Shown one piece after another: positions 48,089-61,171 of a stretch of DNA of 64,000 bases. The stretch is from Rhizodiscina lignyota (lineage: Eukaryota), in the NCBI GenBank assembly GCA_010015805.1, contig ML978125.1, positions 2,170,001 through 2,234,000 on the forward strand, in the 5' to 3' direction. How positions within the stretch are numbered: position 1 is the stretch's first letter; each line of letters opens with the position of its first letter. The notes below the pieces were generated by a model, which was not told where the DNA came from, did no database searches, and worked only from the letters and a program-made list of their open reading frames with translations. The translations under genes were made by a program, and so were the position numbers.

Positions 48089-48574
48089 ATGTCCGCGCGA
48101 CTAACATCCAGATTAACGAGGCCCTCTGGCCTAGCCTCCCCTTCACCATCCCTTGCACGTATACCTCCGTGCGAGAAAAAAATATTTGCAACCCTTCTCC
48201 GGGATCGATTTAGGAGAGTTGTCCTGAGCGGCGTTATCAACGAACTCCAGAGGTTGCGTAAGGAGGCGAAGGAAGACTTGAAGGAAGCAGAAGATACCGA
48301 GAAGGACGAGTGGCAGTACCATCTTCACCGTCTATCGCGGCAGAGTAGAGATCCTGGCAATACGAGTGGACTGCCTCCCGGCGCAGCATCAAAGGAAGCG
48401 ACCGAATTCCTCGGCACTGTGAACAAATATCTCGAGGAAACAGCAGAGGAGGTTACCAAAAGGATGGTGGAATTGATACAGGAGTCTCTGAAGCGCACCC
48501 ACCAGGAATGGAGTATGGAGGTGGGATTAGAGAGCAAGGGACGCAAAAAACTCAAGCGAAAGACATGTGAATAA
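48089..48574 (+). CDS. Hypothetical helical/coiled-coil protein
   Basis: 174-codon ORF (48050..48574) rich in E/K/R/L. The 5' end is uncertain and there may be upstream exons. Confidence 0.5.
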   Translation: MSARLTSRLTRPSGLASPSPSLARIPPCEKKIFATLLRDRFRRVVLSGVINELQRLRKEAKEDLKEAEDTEKDEWQYHLHRLSRQSRDPGNTSGLPPGAASKEATEFLGTVNKYLEETAEEVTKRMVELIQESLKRTHQEWSMEVGLESKGRKKLKRKTCE

Positions 48575-49023
48575 GACGGTGGACAAGAATGAAATCAAGA
48601 GGATGAAGAAGATAATTACCTGAAGCATGCCAACGTATTCATTGACCTCCTCACATAAGTTCCTCATTGCTCAACTCCTCGTGGCAAGTCAAAAAAACAT
48701 TGTCTAAAAGACTTCTCGGAGGGATAGCGCTCCAGCGCCAACGCATTGCCATGCATAACTGGAAAACAAGGCCTCTAGTCTAAATGTCTATATCAAAGGA
48801 GGTCATTTACCATGGGATCAGCATCCCAAACCAACAACAGCGCGTGACGCGACGCTGTAAGGAATTTCAGTCACAGAGCGACCGTGAGAGCGAACGTGCG
48901 CCGGAAACGCCATACGCACAGAAATGCTGTGCTATGCAGCGAAGGTATCGAATCATGCAGTCCATATAGACCACATCTTAAAGGCAAACCCAACCATAAA
49001 TCCCAAACTCGTCTATTGAATGC

Positions 49024-50501
49024 TCAGGCACCATAGACGTCGTTCTCCTTGAGCTGGAAGTCTCCTTTGTGCATCCCATCAAGAACGTTCTTCCCTTCTT
49101 CAGTGAGGTCCGGTTTGCCAATAGGTGTGACGGAACCCGTGAAGAAGCGTGGCTGCCACTCGGCAGCTGTCTCCTTTCTCTCAGCGGCCTTCTGTCGCTG
49201 ACGCTCCTCGATCTCCTGCTTTAGTGTAGTTGCAAGGCTATACTGCTTGTTCTTGATGGCGGAGGTGACATCTTTCCAGTAGCGGCGCGATTCGTTGGGG
49301 AGTTGTTGGTCCATCGATGGAACGTCTTTTGGCACAACGGTAAGGGGGCCCATATCGGCGAGGAGGAACTTCTCCTATTGAATGTTAGCATCTAACTTAG
49401 TGTCGATGAGAGCCTGCGACGTACCGGATTCTTTGAGAATGGCTGGCTGCCCAAGGTATAGTACACCTTATCGACCCATACGCCTTCTATCCGACCGAGG
49501 ATGTCCTTGTCCGGAACATCTTTCATCTTTGTGTACTTGTCGTTCTGTGGGTCGTAGTTAAAGATTATACCCTCGACTTTATTCTGGGTCCTTCCAATCC
49601 AGCCCTCCTCAACGTAGTGAAGGATGACCTTTATCCGATTCTTCGGACAGGTAATGAAGCACTGGTCTGCGACAGTGACGTTGAGTGATCCTGCAATAGA
49701 TTACAGTTAGTAAGGCCTCGCTGAGATGTTCACATAATTGCAAACTAAAAAGAAGTTACCTCTCAAGAAGCCACCCAGATACGCAGCCGGGTGGGTCAAT
49801 TGATACTCCTCGTCTCCCCGATTCTGCAATGTGATGTATATGCCCAAGTTATGACTTCCCGCCGTCACTCGAATACTCGTGCCCGTGAACTTCGCGCTCA
49901 GCTGGTCGTATCCTCGGGCGATGATGCCCTTCTCTGGACAATCAATATAGAAGGCCGAAACAGGCGGATGATGCGACGTCTGCTCTGTGAGATACGAGAT
50001 CTTGACCTTCCTCGCAGGGTTATCTTGCTTTATGACCGCACTCTTCATTGAGCTCGCACCTGACGCTGGCGCCGAGGGCTGATGCTGCGGCTCAGGCAGT
50101 GTGTCCTCGACTTCCCAATTGCAGCGGAAGAACTCGCCTAGCACCGAATTATATGGCTTGACCGGCTTGCTCTTGACGTACTTGAGATCCTTTGTGAACC
50201 AGAACCTCAGAGTGCCAAGCATGCGGCCGAGCGGCTCGTCACTGTCGCCGATGGAGATGAAGGTTTCGGGGCGGTCGAGGTAGCCCCAGTATTCGAGGTT
50301 AGGAGTAGGTTCGAGGAGTTGAGCAGGAAGAGAGAAGCGCACAGCTGCGAGATCGGCGACTCCGATGAAGCGGCGGAGGATGCTGATGAAGGTCTTGAAC
50401 TTGCTCCCGTCGTCTGGCGCTTTCTCGACTGGCGCGGTCGGAGGTGGGGAGGAGAGGGAGGAATCGATGCCGCCGTTGGCAGAAGTACTCGTGGAGGCCA
50501 T
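49024..50501 (-). CDS. Short (ORD-only) oxysterol-binding protein homologue
   Basis: OSBP signature EQTSHHPP, plus KPYNSVLGEFF and KQEIEERQR. Introns 49691..49759 and 49375..49424. Confidence 0.93.
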
Positions 50502-51295
50502 GGTGGTTTGCTTCTTCTATCGTGCTCTGTAAAGAGAAGATTCAAAGATTGCTAGGTCTGGGCCGCTTCACTGCCCGCTGGGCTCAGAAACGTCTCCGGC
50601 CAACGACGCTTGCAGAACAGGTTGCTGGACACGCGAGCCGCGGACAAGTGAGACGACCGTAGAGATGGAGACCGATAATGATTCAACTCAGGTGTATGGA
50701 GGAGAAAGTACGCAGAGTGGGCTGAGGCAGTGGCCGGCTCGACAAAGAGCGGTCCGGCGGGTCTCTAGTGACGTAGGCTTCGAGGTTTGGAGAGAAGATC
50801 TCAAGAACTTCGTGTCGCACGACAGCACTCGTGACGACTTTTAAGAGTCTGGAGTGCCCAGAAAGCAGCAAAAGGAGCGAGCGAGCTGAATTGGCGCTGA
50901 TGGGGTGCTGGTTGATACAGTGTTGATATGCGGTTCAGGTCGTCAAAGTCCGGCATCCAATCAGATTAGCACGGGCGCATGTGGACGGCGTTTTATCGTT
51001 CGCCTTCACTGCTCTTCATCCTCACGAACGTCTCCGGCACGCGGCTGGATCACTGCGGAGCTTACTCATGACTCTGCGTCGCCGCAAATAGAGGGCGGAA
51101 AAGATTCATGAAGATACTCGAGAAGCCTATCTCACAGTAAGAGTGCTTGAAGCTGATCCCCGTACAATAAGCTACCGAAGTATCTCCGCAACATGCACCT
51201 GCGATGCCGTCGTTAGGGGCATCAGGCATAATTCTCGAGCAAAAGAAAGCCAGGCTTGCGATATGTCGAACGCATAGCGATTCTATCAACCTCAT

Positions 51296-54200
51296 TCAAA
51301 CAGGCATCATACCGATGCCGCCACCTCCGCCGTTGCCTCCTCTGGGCTGTTGTCCTACACCTGTATTGGACCCTCCGCTTGGTCCACTCGTCGATCGCTT
51401 GGTAACTCTCCGGGATTGGCTGAAGCTTCCTCCACGCGCTCGAGATCCACCCCCGGATCCTTTCCTGTGGCCACCTCTTCCAAACCCTCGTTTGCCCTTG
51501 CCTCTCCAGAATGTAGTGCTCTTGGATGTCGAAGCCTTTTTAGCCTTTGGCGCCTGTGACATGTCTTCTGATCTCATCTGGGAAAACCTGGCATTGAACT
51601 CGGCGACGTGTGCTGGAATCTCGAAGCTTGAGGCGCCTTTGTCCGTCGAAGAAGCGAAATATGAGCTCCTCTCTCCTGGAGGGCTTCCTGGCTCGCCGTC
51701 TCCGATGAGATCCTCCTCCTCATCGTTAGCGAAATATTCTTCATTGTCTTCTTCTACCTCATCGTCGTCCTCATCGTCATCACGCTCGGCGTCTGCCTCA
51801 TTGTCGCTGATCTCGATGACTACTTTGTGGTTCGGATCCATATCTCTCTCCTCGCCGGTCCACATTGTCCTCTCATAGAAGTTATGTGTAGACTCAATGA
51901 GCTGTAAGAATTTCTTGCCATGCAGCCTGACCATTTCTGTGTTGATATGCGGGATTCGCGCCATCTCGGTTAGGTCACTTGGGAACGATATAGCCATCTC
52001 TCGGAGAACAGTGTCACTGAAAGGCCCTTCTCGAAGTCCCCTCTCCATAAGTATACGCCTGCAAATCTTGCGACCCTCCCGAACGAAGTCTTCAACGATA
52101 TCACGATGGACGTCGCTGAGGCTCGCCATTTTCTGATCGACTGTGATAGGTGGGCCTGGGCTCTTCCTTCTGATCGATCGAGGAGCTTCACGTGCATTAC
52201 GAACTGGTTCGAACGCGTCATCTGACTCTTCATCATCATTGACAACGAAGCCATCCCGATCATAGCCATCGGGATGTGTGGCATCCATCTCTTCGTCATC
52301 GTTGACTTGGGCCCGGCGCCGGCGCGATGCAGCCTGGACCGGAGATGAGACGTTCGTGGACATGGGATATTCGCGCGTTGCAGCCGCAGCACCGGTTCTT
52401 TGTTTTGCAGATCTGGGCTTTGTCGCTGTCTTGGCTTGCATTCTCTTTGCATTAGGCGTAATGCGGACCTGTATTTTCAGTTTCCGATTACCGGATTTGA
52501 AGTCTCTCTTTCGCGGGCCGACACCAACATAGGCAGTAGCGAAGCCTGCCCTGTTCATCTTGTTTTCTTCTTTCAATCCGTCTTCCATTAATAGTCGGTA
52601 GAAGAGCCGCTCAACATCGCCACGATCGAGGTCTTCCCCAACGCCATATCCGTCGAGATATTGCCAATCAGAGTTCTTCAACCTTTTTGCGCCCCGGAAG
52701 ACATCTATGCATTGATGTACGGTAACACTCTCTCCCCTCTGCATCTGTTCCACCATTGCCATAGCAGCGTTTGCATATTCCGTGAAGTCGCGTGTCTCGA
52801 AGGTAGAGGTTGAGTTGCAATTGTCGCAGCAACCTTTACAGTTCTCACGGGAGAAATGCTCGTTGAAGTAGGCCAACACCTGTACTCTCCTGCAATCACT
52901 TCTATTCTCGCAGAACTGGACAACATTGCGCAGCATTTGGTGCTGCCTTTGCTTCTGCTGGTAATCGCCGTCGCCCTTGTCGATCATGTGTTTGAGAGCC
53001 GTCGTATCCTGGTACCCGTAGAACATGAAGCACCCTGACTTCTTCCCATCCCGGCCGGCCCGGCCCGTCTCTTGATAATAACCCTCCAGGCTTTTGGGTA
53101 TCGTATGGTGGATGACGAAGCGTACATCTGCTTTGTCGATGCCCATGCCGAACGCAATGGTAGCGACAATCACTTTGTATTTGCCTTCTTGCCATTCTCG
53201 CTGAACCTGTCGTTTCTCTTGAGGTACCATTCCAGCATGGTAGTGATGCGCCATGACTTTGTACTCCTCTTGAAGCTTCTTGGCAATATCTTCACATTTC
53301 TGTCGCGATAAGCAGTATATGATCCCTGACTGTCCCCTGTACTTCTCCGAAACGATTTCGACTATGCTTTCCAGCACAGTTTTTGCATTCCCTTTGGGAA
53401 GAACTTCGTATGTAAGATTTGGTCGGTTGAAACTCTGGTTAAAGACTTCGCATCCTTGCATTCCCAGATTGTGGATGACGTCTACCTTGACGTTTTCGGT
53501 CGCAGTTGCTGTGAGGGCCATAACGGGTACTCCTGGGAACTGTCGCCGTACATCCCCAAGGGCCTTGTAATCTGGTCGAAAGTCATGACCCCATTGGCTA
53601 ACACAATGGGCTTCATCAATCACAATTCGTGCCAGTCGACGAATGTTGTGAAGTTTGTGAAGATGGTTGATCATGGCTTGACTCTTGCTCAGCATCTCGG
53701 GAGTAACGTAGAGCAGCTGCAAATACTCATCCACTTTCCTGTCTTTCAATGTATCGAAGATAAATTTTCGTTCATCGGGACTGCATTCGCTGTTGATGTT
53801 GTACGCTTGGATTTTCAGCTGTCTCAAATGAGCAACTTGGTCCTCCATGAGACTAAGCAAAGGAGAAATAACAATTGTCACGCCTCTGGTTCTTCCAGAG
53901 CTGACGATCGACGGCAACTGGTAGCAGAGAGACTTGCCCCCACCCGTAGGCATGAGAACAAACGCGTCTTTCCCTGCGAGAGTAGCATTGATTGCTTCCA
54001 ATTGATTGGATCGAAAACCACGGAGATGAAAACGTTTAAGGAGAGCATTCTTCACATCCGCAGACCAAGGATGTTGCATGAGATGTGATGTCGCTTCAGG
54101 TAAAGACATCTTCATTGGCTGCTTTCCCTTCGCTGACTTCGGCGGATTCGGGGGACGTTCATTACCGGCGGTCTCTTTGAAGACATCACGGATTGCGCTC

Positions 54201-56655
54201 GCTCGCACTACTGCTGACGGTCTGCCTGCATTCTCTGTTTCCGCAGCGAAGTCGAGCATCTCATCCTCAAAGCCATCGTCATAGCCGAAGTCGTCTTCAT
54301 CATCGATAATGCGACTTGGTGGTGTACCCATTCTGGTTGTAAAAAGAGCTTCACTATCGTCCTCGATGTCGTTCTCATCAAAGTCGTATTCATATGGCGA
54401 CGGCTCGACACGATTGACGGAAGTCCCTAGAGCTCTTGATTTGGCAGCTACCGGATAGTTTTGGACTTTGGTTCGTTCCTTTGATGTTGAACCACCGACT
54501 GGCCCATCCAGAGGCCTGGTCGATTCTAGCTGTCTGGTATTATTTCGAGGCGGAGAAAAATATGTATTGACATGTTTAGGGTCAGGTTTGGCCCATGTAC
54601 TTTGCTGCTCGTTACGATGGACCTGAGTTTGCTGCACAATTTGCGTGATGGATGTTTCATTTAGACTCTGCAAGTTCGCCTTGCCGCCATATGCTGTCGG
54701 AGACGTCTGAGTCGATCGGATCGCTACTGGCACCGCTTGTAGATGCGTATGATCCAATTGGACAGAGCTTCCTTCTCCAACGAGAATACAAGACTTCCGA
54801 AGGTATTGGATCATATCAGCTTGTAGTTTTTTGACGGCCTTGGAGGCAGTCTGGCATTGCTCAATCTTTGCTTTGCTAGCAGCAGTATTAAGTTCCGGAT
54901 CTTCTTCTATAGCTTCCATCATCTTTTGCCTGAGTTCCCCGAGATGAGCATTAGCCTGAGAAAACTTTGACTTTAGACGTCTGACTTCAGCGACGGCTTC
55001 TTTTCTTTGTTTGTACATGATGATATCTCGTGTCAGGTGGAAGGTATCTGCTTCGAAATCATCTTCCAGGAGAGATCCCATCTCGGACGACTTTGTCCGC
55101 ATCTGGTTTTGCAGAAGTTCGTGATACTGCTGTAGTATGGAATCCGGCCAGGTCAAGAATGTTTTCAATGCTTGTTGTTCCGGATCCGGTTCAGTTCGTC
55201 GGGTTGTCGATTGAGATGTCATGGAGGGAGTTGGCTGATTTGATATTGACGACTGTAGCTCAGACTTTTGCCAGGGTGTACGGACCACCTCAGATGCTGA
55301 AGGTTTGGGGATTACGGATGATGCTTCTGCCTTCGGCTGCTCGACAGATGCTTTAGGAACAGCAGCGGGGCGTTTCGACGGTGAATCCTCAATGGCCAGC
55401 TTTCCATCCTTGTTCCACCGAATTTTTGAGGTGCTTTCCCAAGTCGTGTTTTCCATATCATCATCTGAATCAGCCACTACTCGCGATTTTCGAGTAACTG
55501 GAGTGTGCTGATGCCTATGTGAAGGGGTAAGATCTGCCTTTGGTCGTACTGATGACTCTCTTACACAGCGCCGCAATGTTACATGCTCTAATTGAGATGA
55601 TTCGGATGCCGTCCTGGCAAGGGGCTTCCTCCTCTTGTTGGAATGAGAGCCTTCTCCACTGGAAGAGGGTATTCTCGCTGGGCTATCGGCATCTCCTATG
55701 TCATTGAACTCGCCGGCATAAACCATGTCAACATCATGATTGTCAATATCGGGAAGTTCATGATGACGAGACGGCCCCGCAGGAATTGTCGAATACGGCG
55801 GAGGAGGATCGCTGGGAGCCTCGGGGATATCGCTGCGAGCCTCGAGGACCTCGATGAATTCGACGGGAGCCTCGAGATCGCGAGCCTCGAAGACACTGTT
55901 GAATTCGTCGAAGATATCGTCAATGTTGGTATATTCCGATATATCCCTCCAACTGTCTCGCGGCGTCCTCTGGTCGAGGCTAGCAGGGGGCGGTAGATCC
56001 TCCTCAAATTCATCACTGAGTCGCTTCCGTCCAGCTATGCCCCTTTGAATGGTATCTGGGACTTCTCTTGTTTGTCCTCCAGTAAGGTCGATTGCGTCGA
56101 TGTCGGCCCTACGTGTTTCGTGGTTAACGGTCCTTGCAGAGCGGGGCTGTGGTGTCATTGATGTTGCCAAATGGTCATCGTTCTGGATTCGCCGAGTTGA
56201 TGGCAGTACATCTGAATGCATCTTAGCGTTGACAATATGAAAACACCACGATTGACCGACATACCACTTCCATTCGCCGCCTCTACTGGTTGTGGGGAAT
56301 GTCTGGGTACAGGCTCAGACTGCTGCGTGAGAAGTCTCGGTTTTGGTTGTGGCGATGGAGCAGTTCTGAGTCTTGCCATCTCGTTGCCAGGTGGTTCTGG
56401 GATATTTGCAACTTCTATCTGCTGTCGAGTTGCTACCAGTCTTGGCGTGCTCGGAGCAGCTCGATTCTCGCTGATTGGAACAGTTGCAACGCCAGATACA
56501 TTGTCTAGAACCCGTGTGCCTTGATTCTGCTCTCCAGTAGAACCTATGCGGGCCAGTACACTCGGAGGTGGGTCAACAAAGGTGACTGGAGGCGGCATGA
56601 AAGGCTTCTCGGAGAACAGCCACCTAAGATGCCCGTCCAGGTTATGTCTGGTCAT
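51296..56655 (-). CDS. SGS1: RecQ-family DNA helicase (Sgs1/BLM/MusN type)
   Basis: Motifs MPTGGGKSLCYQLP, DEAHCVSQWGHDFRPDY, ATIAFGMGIDK and YYQETGRAGRDG; RQC Zn-binding CRR...CDNC; HRDC-like region. N-terminus MTRHNL...WL; intron 56212..56264. Confidence 0.96.
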
Positions 56656-56746
56656 TTGTGGCGCGCATTCTGGTCTTCTTCAAAGCCAACTGCTGTGTGA
56701 ATCGAAAGTAGAGGTGGTTTAGTTCTCAATGAGATGGAGTGAGGTT

Positions 56747-56765
56747 CGTCGACGCGTCGACGCGT
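56747..56765. promoter_or_regulatory. Tandem MCB (ACGCGT) elements upstream of the RecQ gene
   Basis: cgtcgACGCGTcgACGCGT about 100 bp upstream of ATG 56655; includes a perfect 16-bp palindrome at 56747-56762. Confidence 0.6.
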
Positions 56766-57361
56766 TCCGTCACTAGTCATGCATGCCAAGAATTACGTTA
56801 TCCCGTGACCGTCCTGTCACCTGACTATCAATTGAGACAACGATCATGAAAATGAAGGCAGTGATGTTCCTTGTTGAGAATAATGAATTATTGCCGACGC
56901 GGTAGATAATCCATGGATAACTGGCAATCTGTATCTACCTTCTCCTATCAAACTCGGGCGGCATGGGAAGCTACGAAATTACTGCAGTCTCCAAGTATGC
57001 TCCTTAGCTTCACCTATACACTCAAAACGCTCTCGATGTTTCAGATAATGCACTTATCGGCTACATAGGGTAAGGCGGTAGATACAGAGCATGACTACGG
57101 AGTATCTTATCCTGCCTTTCCACAACTAAACCTGCAGTGAGGTTAACTAGCCTCATCTACATCACTAGCATCGTCGTCATCTAAAAGCCATCTCTTCATA
57201 ATTGCGCCATAAGCTCGGAAGTAGGTCCAATTACCCAAATTGGTTGGAAGACTGGGCCAGTTCGCAGAGCGGGAATATACCGTGCTCTGGGGATGCTCCG
57301 CAACGTTCTCCTTCTCCTGAACTCTATGTCCCATATTTGCGTTTGAATTCTACTATACATA

Positions 57362-60198
57362 TTAGTGCTCCAATTCACCTCTGGACCGGGAAGAATGGTT
57401 TACCTTCAGCGATGAACCAACAGTGACCCATTCTGTAACGGTTGCGTAAACATAATTTGTTTCCCATACCATCTTATGCGGAACGGTCGTGCTAGCGCCA
57501 CTTTTGGTTACGACGACATTCGTTGTAGTCGTTACTCTCAGAACTGAGTCTGCAGAACTCATTGAAGAAGACTCGAGAGAGCTATAGGATTGCTTGATGC
57601 CGCTGGACGTTGAAGGTGGACTGCTCTCTGCTTCGGTTGGAGCGCCAGATGGCAGATGGCCACCATATTCGATGGACGAGAGTATTGATGGACGAAGCGA
57701 AACCCCTTCACTCGTCACAGGAGATATCGGGTGAGAGGCCAAATCGGATGACGTCTTTGCGACGGCAGGTGTAGGTGTTAGATGAGATACGACCGAGTTC
57801 GCAGCATACGACTTCGGCGTGTGTGCTGGATTAAATATGCCCGGATCAAAATTCACATCAGCCGGCTTTTGAATCAGACCTTTGATGTCCTTCACTTTCA
57901 GTAATGCTTCATACCATCCTTTCGCAAGGACCTCGTAGCCTGCATCATTGGGATGCAACCCATCATGCCAGTACAAATGCTTATCCGTAGAAGTTGCTGT
58001 AAGCCATGGTCCGCTATTGGCAGGGTAAATGTGCTTTCCATTCTTGGCCAGCTTCGTGACAACATCTACCACCCCCTTGTTGAAGATTCTGTGCATTTGG
58101 GTGCGTGTGATGTTCCCGTAGACCTCTTCAATTTGTGCAACAAGAATCACGACTTCCGGAACTTGAGTCAGGATCCAGTTGATTAAGCTTTGCAAATGAG
58201 CTGGTGCATGTGTCGGGTCATAGACGGCCCCTGGGTGTAAGGCGAAGTCATTCGTGCCTGCATGTAGGAGGACGATGTTCGGCTTGAATGTCAGAAGCGT
58301 CTTGTGTTCACTAACGTTCGCTTGAATCTGAGTAATGACCGCGCCGGAGTGGCCGTCATGTAATCCATCGAACATGGTGCCACTTCGCACGGAGCCGACC
58401 ATATTGACTTGCGCGCCGGCACTGAGTAGCATCTGGCGCAGATGTTCGCGATATCCGTTACCATCCGTACTAGTATACCTGCAAAGGTTGGAGTTAGAAA
58501 CGATACACGATAAGTGACCTGGCTAGGTAAGGTCTACTCACCCTCGGGTGATGGAATCTCCAATTGGACAGATGCGAAGGCGCATGCCTGCAAATGCTCC
58601 CCTAGAGCTTGGATACTCTGGAAGCGAAGACGACACTGCTTTCGAGGAGACTGAAGTGCTCGATGATGTCGGCTCATATGTCAGGATGGGCTTACTTGTC
58701 GTAACAGGTTTGCTGGCAGAAGCGGGCACAGATGAGTCTGTCACCTCTTTCTTACCTCCAGCCGAGTCGCTCAGTAGTGACTCAGATAATAACGGAGCCT
58801 TGGCTAGCGTCGGGTAAACCACAGATGCAGTCTTGCTTGGCGCCTGAGATATATTTGGAGACACCGGCTCAGTGGCGGAAGAGGCATGCGAAAGTTGAGC
58901 TGCACCGGGTGAATGAACTGCAGGGATTGTTGTAGCTCCTGGATTTGCTCGAACAGCTGCGACCAGAGCGTCTAGCCCCGCCGCTTGTTGAGCTGCCATG
59001 GCAATACCATTTAAAGGTCCGGCCCAGTTGACCCCGATTGTTCCATTCGGGTACATGGCATTCGTCCAGATACTGTTCGCATTTCTATCGATGAAGTCTT
59101 TGTACGAAGGTGCACCTGTCTCCTTTTGGAGGAGTCCAAGATTTCGCATGAAAACACCCTTGAACGGAGGTTTATTAGCCTAGTTGGGAAGCAAAGCTTG
59201 AGCAGGGCAGATGACTGACTCACCTTGAATGTAATTCCGTCATGTCCAACGGGGAAAGGATATCTGCTCGTGTTATTGTCCCATAACTCATGTAGAATCC
59301 CGTTTCGATCACTGAATCGACTGATTGCGTGCTTTGTAGGTGAAAGATATCAGCTTCGGAGCAGAGAGCAGGAACTGGATACTTACATCAGCTATGCAAT
59401 GTGCTTCAGCAATCAGAGAGCTGTCCGCAGCGAACTTGTTCATTTCCAATATCGCACCTAGAATAACGCCCTGATTGTACGTCCAGAATTGTCCAATAAG
59501 GTCACAGCTGTTGGGAACATTCAAGCTGTCCTGAATTTGGCAGTTCTTTAGGTACCCAACTTTCTGGAACCATTTGTAGTTCTTCGTGGCCCACCCATAA
59601 TAAAAGCTTTTGTTCGGATGTCGATTTGCTAGATGAGCGGCGAGACTAATGAACAAAGCGTTCGCTATCGCTGTGTGCTTTTTCGGTTCCTTCTTCCTCC
59701 ACCAAATTCCGCCGCATGTAGCGTTCATGCCCGTACTAAGCATATCTTCGAATATGGCGGTGGCAGTATCGAGGTATTGCTGATTCTTCGTGAGGTCGTA
59801 TGCTCTAACCCAGGCCAAAGCTACAAGAGTAAGCACTGGTCTGATCCATACAGTGCATAGAACAAACACTTACCCCACCACGCTTCGTCATCATAATAAG
59901 TCCCTATAAACCCGGTATATCCTGCGACTTGCGCTTGCTTGTGGGTAGTTGCAATGACATCTTGTACCGTTGGTTTCGTGGCGCACGAAGGGCATACGGT
60001 TTGAAGATCAGTGAGTGCTTGCAAACAGTTCGCGCTCGTCCACCAAGCTGTCGTGTGCCAAAGGCCGGTCGATGTGTCGTAATACTGCTGGAGATTTTGG
60101 GCCGCGCTGAGTGCTCGACTACCTGGGCTGTCAGCAATGGCAACAGCAACTAGAGTCAGTTGCAGCAAAAGCTGCGATATTGAGGGCCAAATGAGCAT
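57362..60198 (-). CDS. Secreted GH76 (alpha-1,6-mannanase-like) + SGNH/GDSL esterase (CE3-like) fusion protein
   Basis: Signal peptide; GH76 motifs YYDDEAWW, CGGIWW, WTYNQGVILG and FKGVFMRNL; S/T/P linker; SGNH blocks PIGDSIT, GHSG, LLHAGTND and DGLHP. Introns 59821..59873, 59332..59386, 59159..59223 and 58479..58541 give one continuous frame. Confidence 0.87.
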
Positions 60199-61171
60199 GT
60201 TGCATGATTGAGGATGAGTAAAACATAGCACAGAATATCTATATTCAAGAACTACTGATGTACCACCCGCAGAGTGGCACGATCTACAAAGACCGCGTAG
60301 ACAAAGGGTCGCGCCTGCTTTTGGAAACAGGCGCACAAAGCTCCTTAATAGTGACCGAGAATATAGCTGAAGGAGACAAAGAATGCTCATGGATGCAAAG
60401 TGTTAGATAATCCACCAAATTTGACAAGGTACAGAAGAACAATAGGAATTCTAAGACTATCATAAATCCTACGCGAATTCGAAAAAGAGGTCGATTAAGA
60501 AGATGGTGAAAATTGAGGGCCATAAATACGCTGTAGTAATCTAAGATCCATGAGAGGTTTCAAAGATCTCCACTACCTGTATCGGATCTCGAACGTTGTT
60601 CGACGATATGTGGCGCAACACTCTGGGTAATGGATCAAGCGTCTGTGATTTCAACTCTTTGTGATACGGAAGTGTCGAGATGAAATATCTACACGTGGGC
60701 ACCTTGCTCGTGCCTGTGCTTGGAGACGGGAGCTCGATCAAGTCACCTGCATCACCCTTCCATCGAGGAAGGAAACGAACCCTGTTAAGCGCCGGGTAGA
60801 GAGACATGAAGGATTAGGAGATCGATTATCCCTATATCTCATAAAGCGGGAAGATATGATCTCGGTTAAGGGTGGCCTGGCTGAGGAAAGTGAGAAAAGG
60901 ACACTTTACATGGCGAGGTCAAGGCAAGGAGAACGCCGCAGGGAGAACGTCGCAGGGGTCCAGAACGCGACTCGTGCTCAGCTCTTGGCGGCTCTATTCC
61001 GAAATGAACATTTCCAAGAACATCACACATTGCGCTTCACTATGGCTTTCAGATAGACAATGACTTCTCTTTCCGCTTCAGAGGCCTCTCATAGATCCAA
61101 AGACCTTCGACCACCGTCGTCCCTGTCGTTCGCCCCAACGTAGCGCCAGCAAAGGCGCCTAAGCATCCAAG

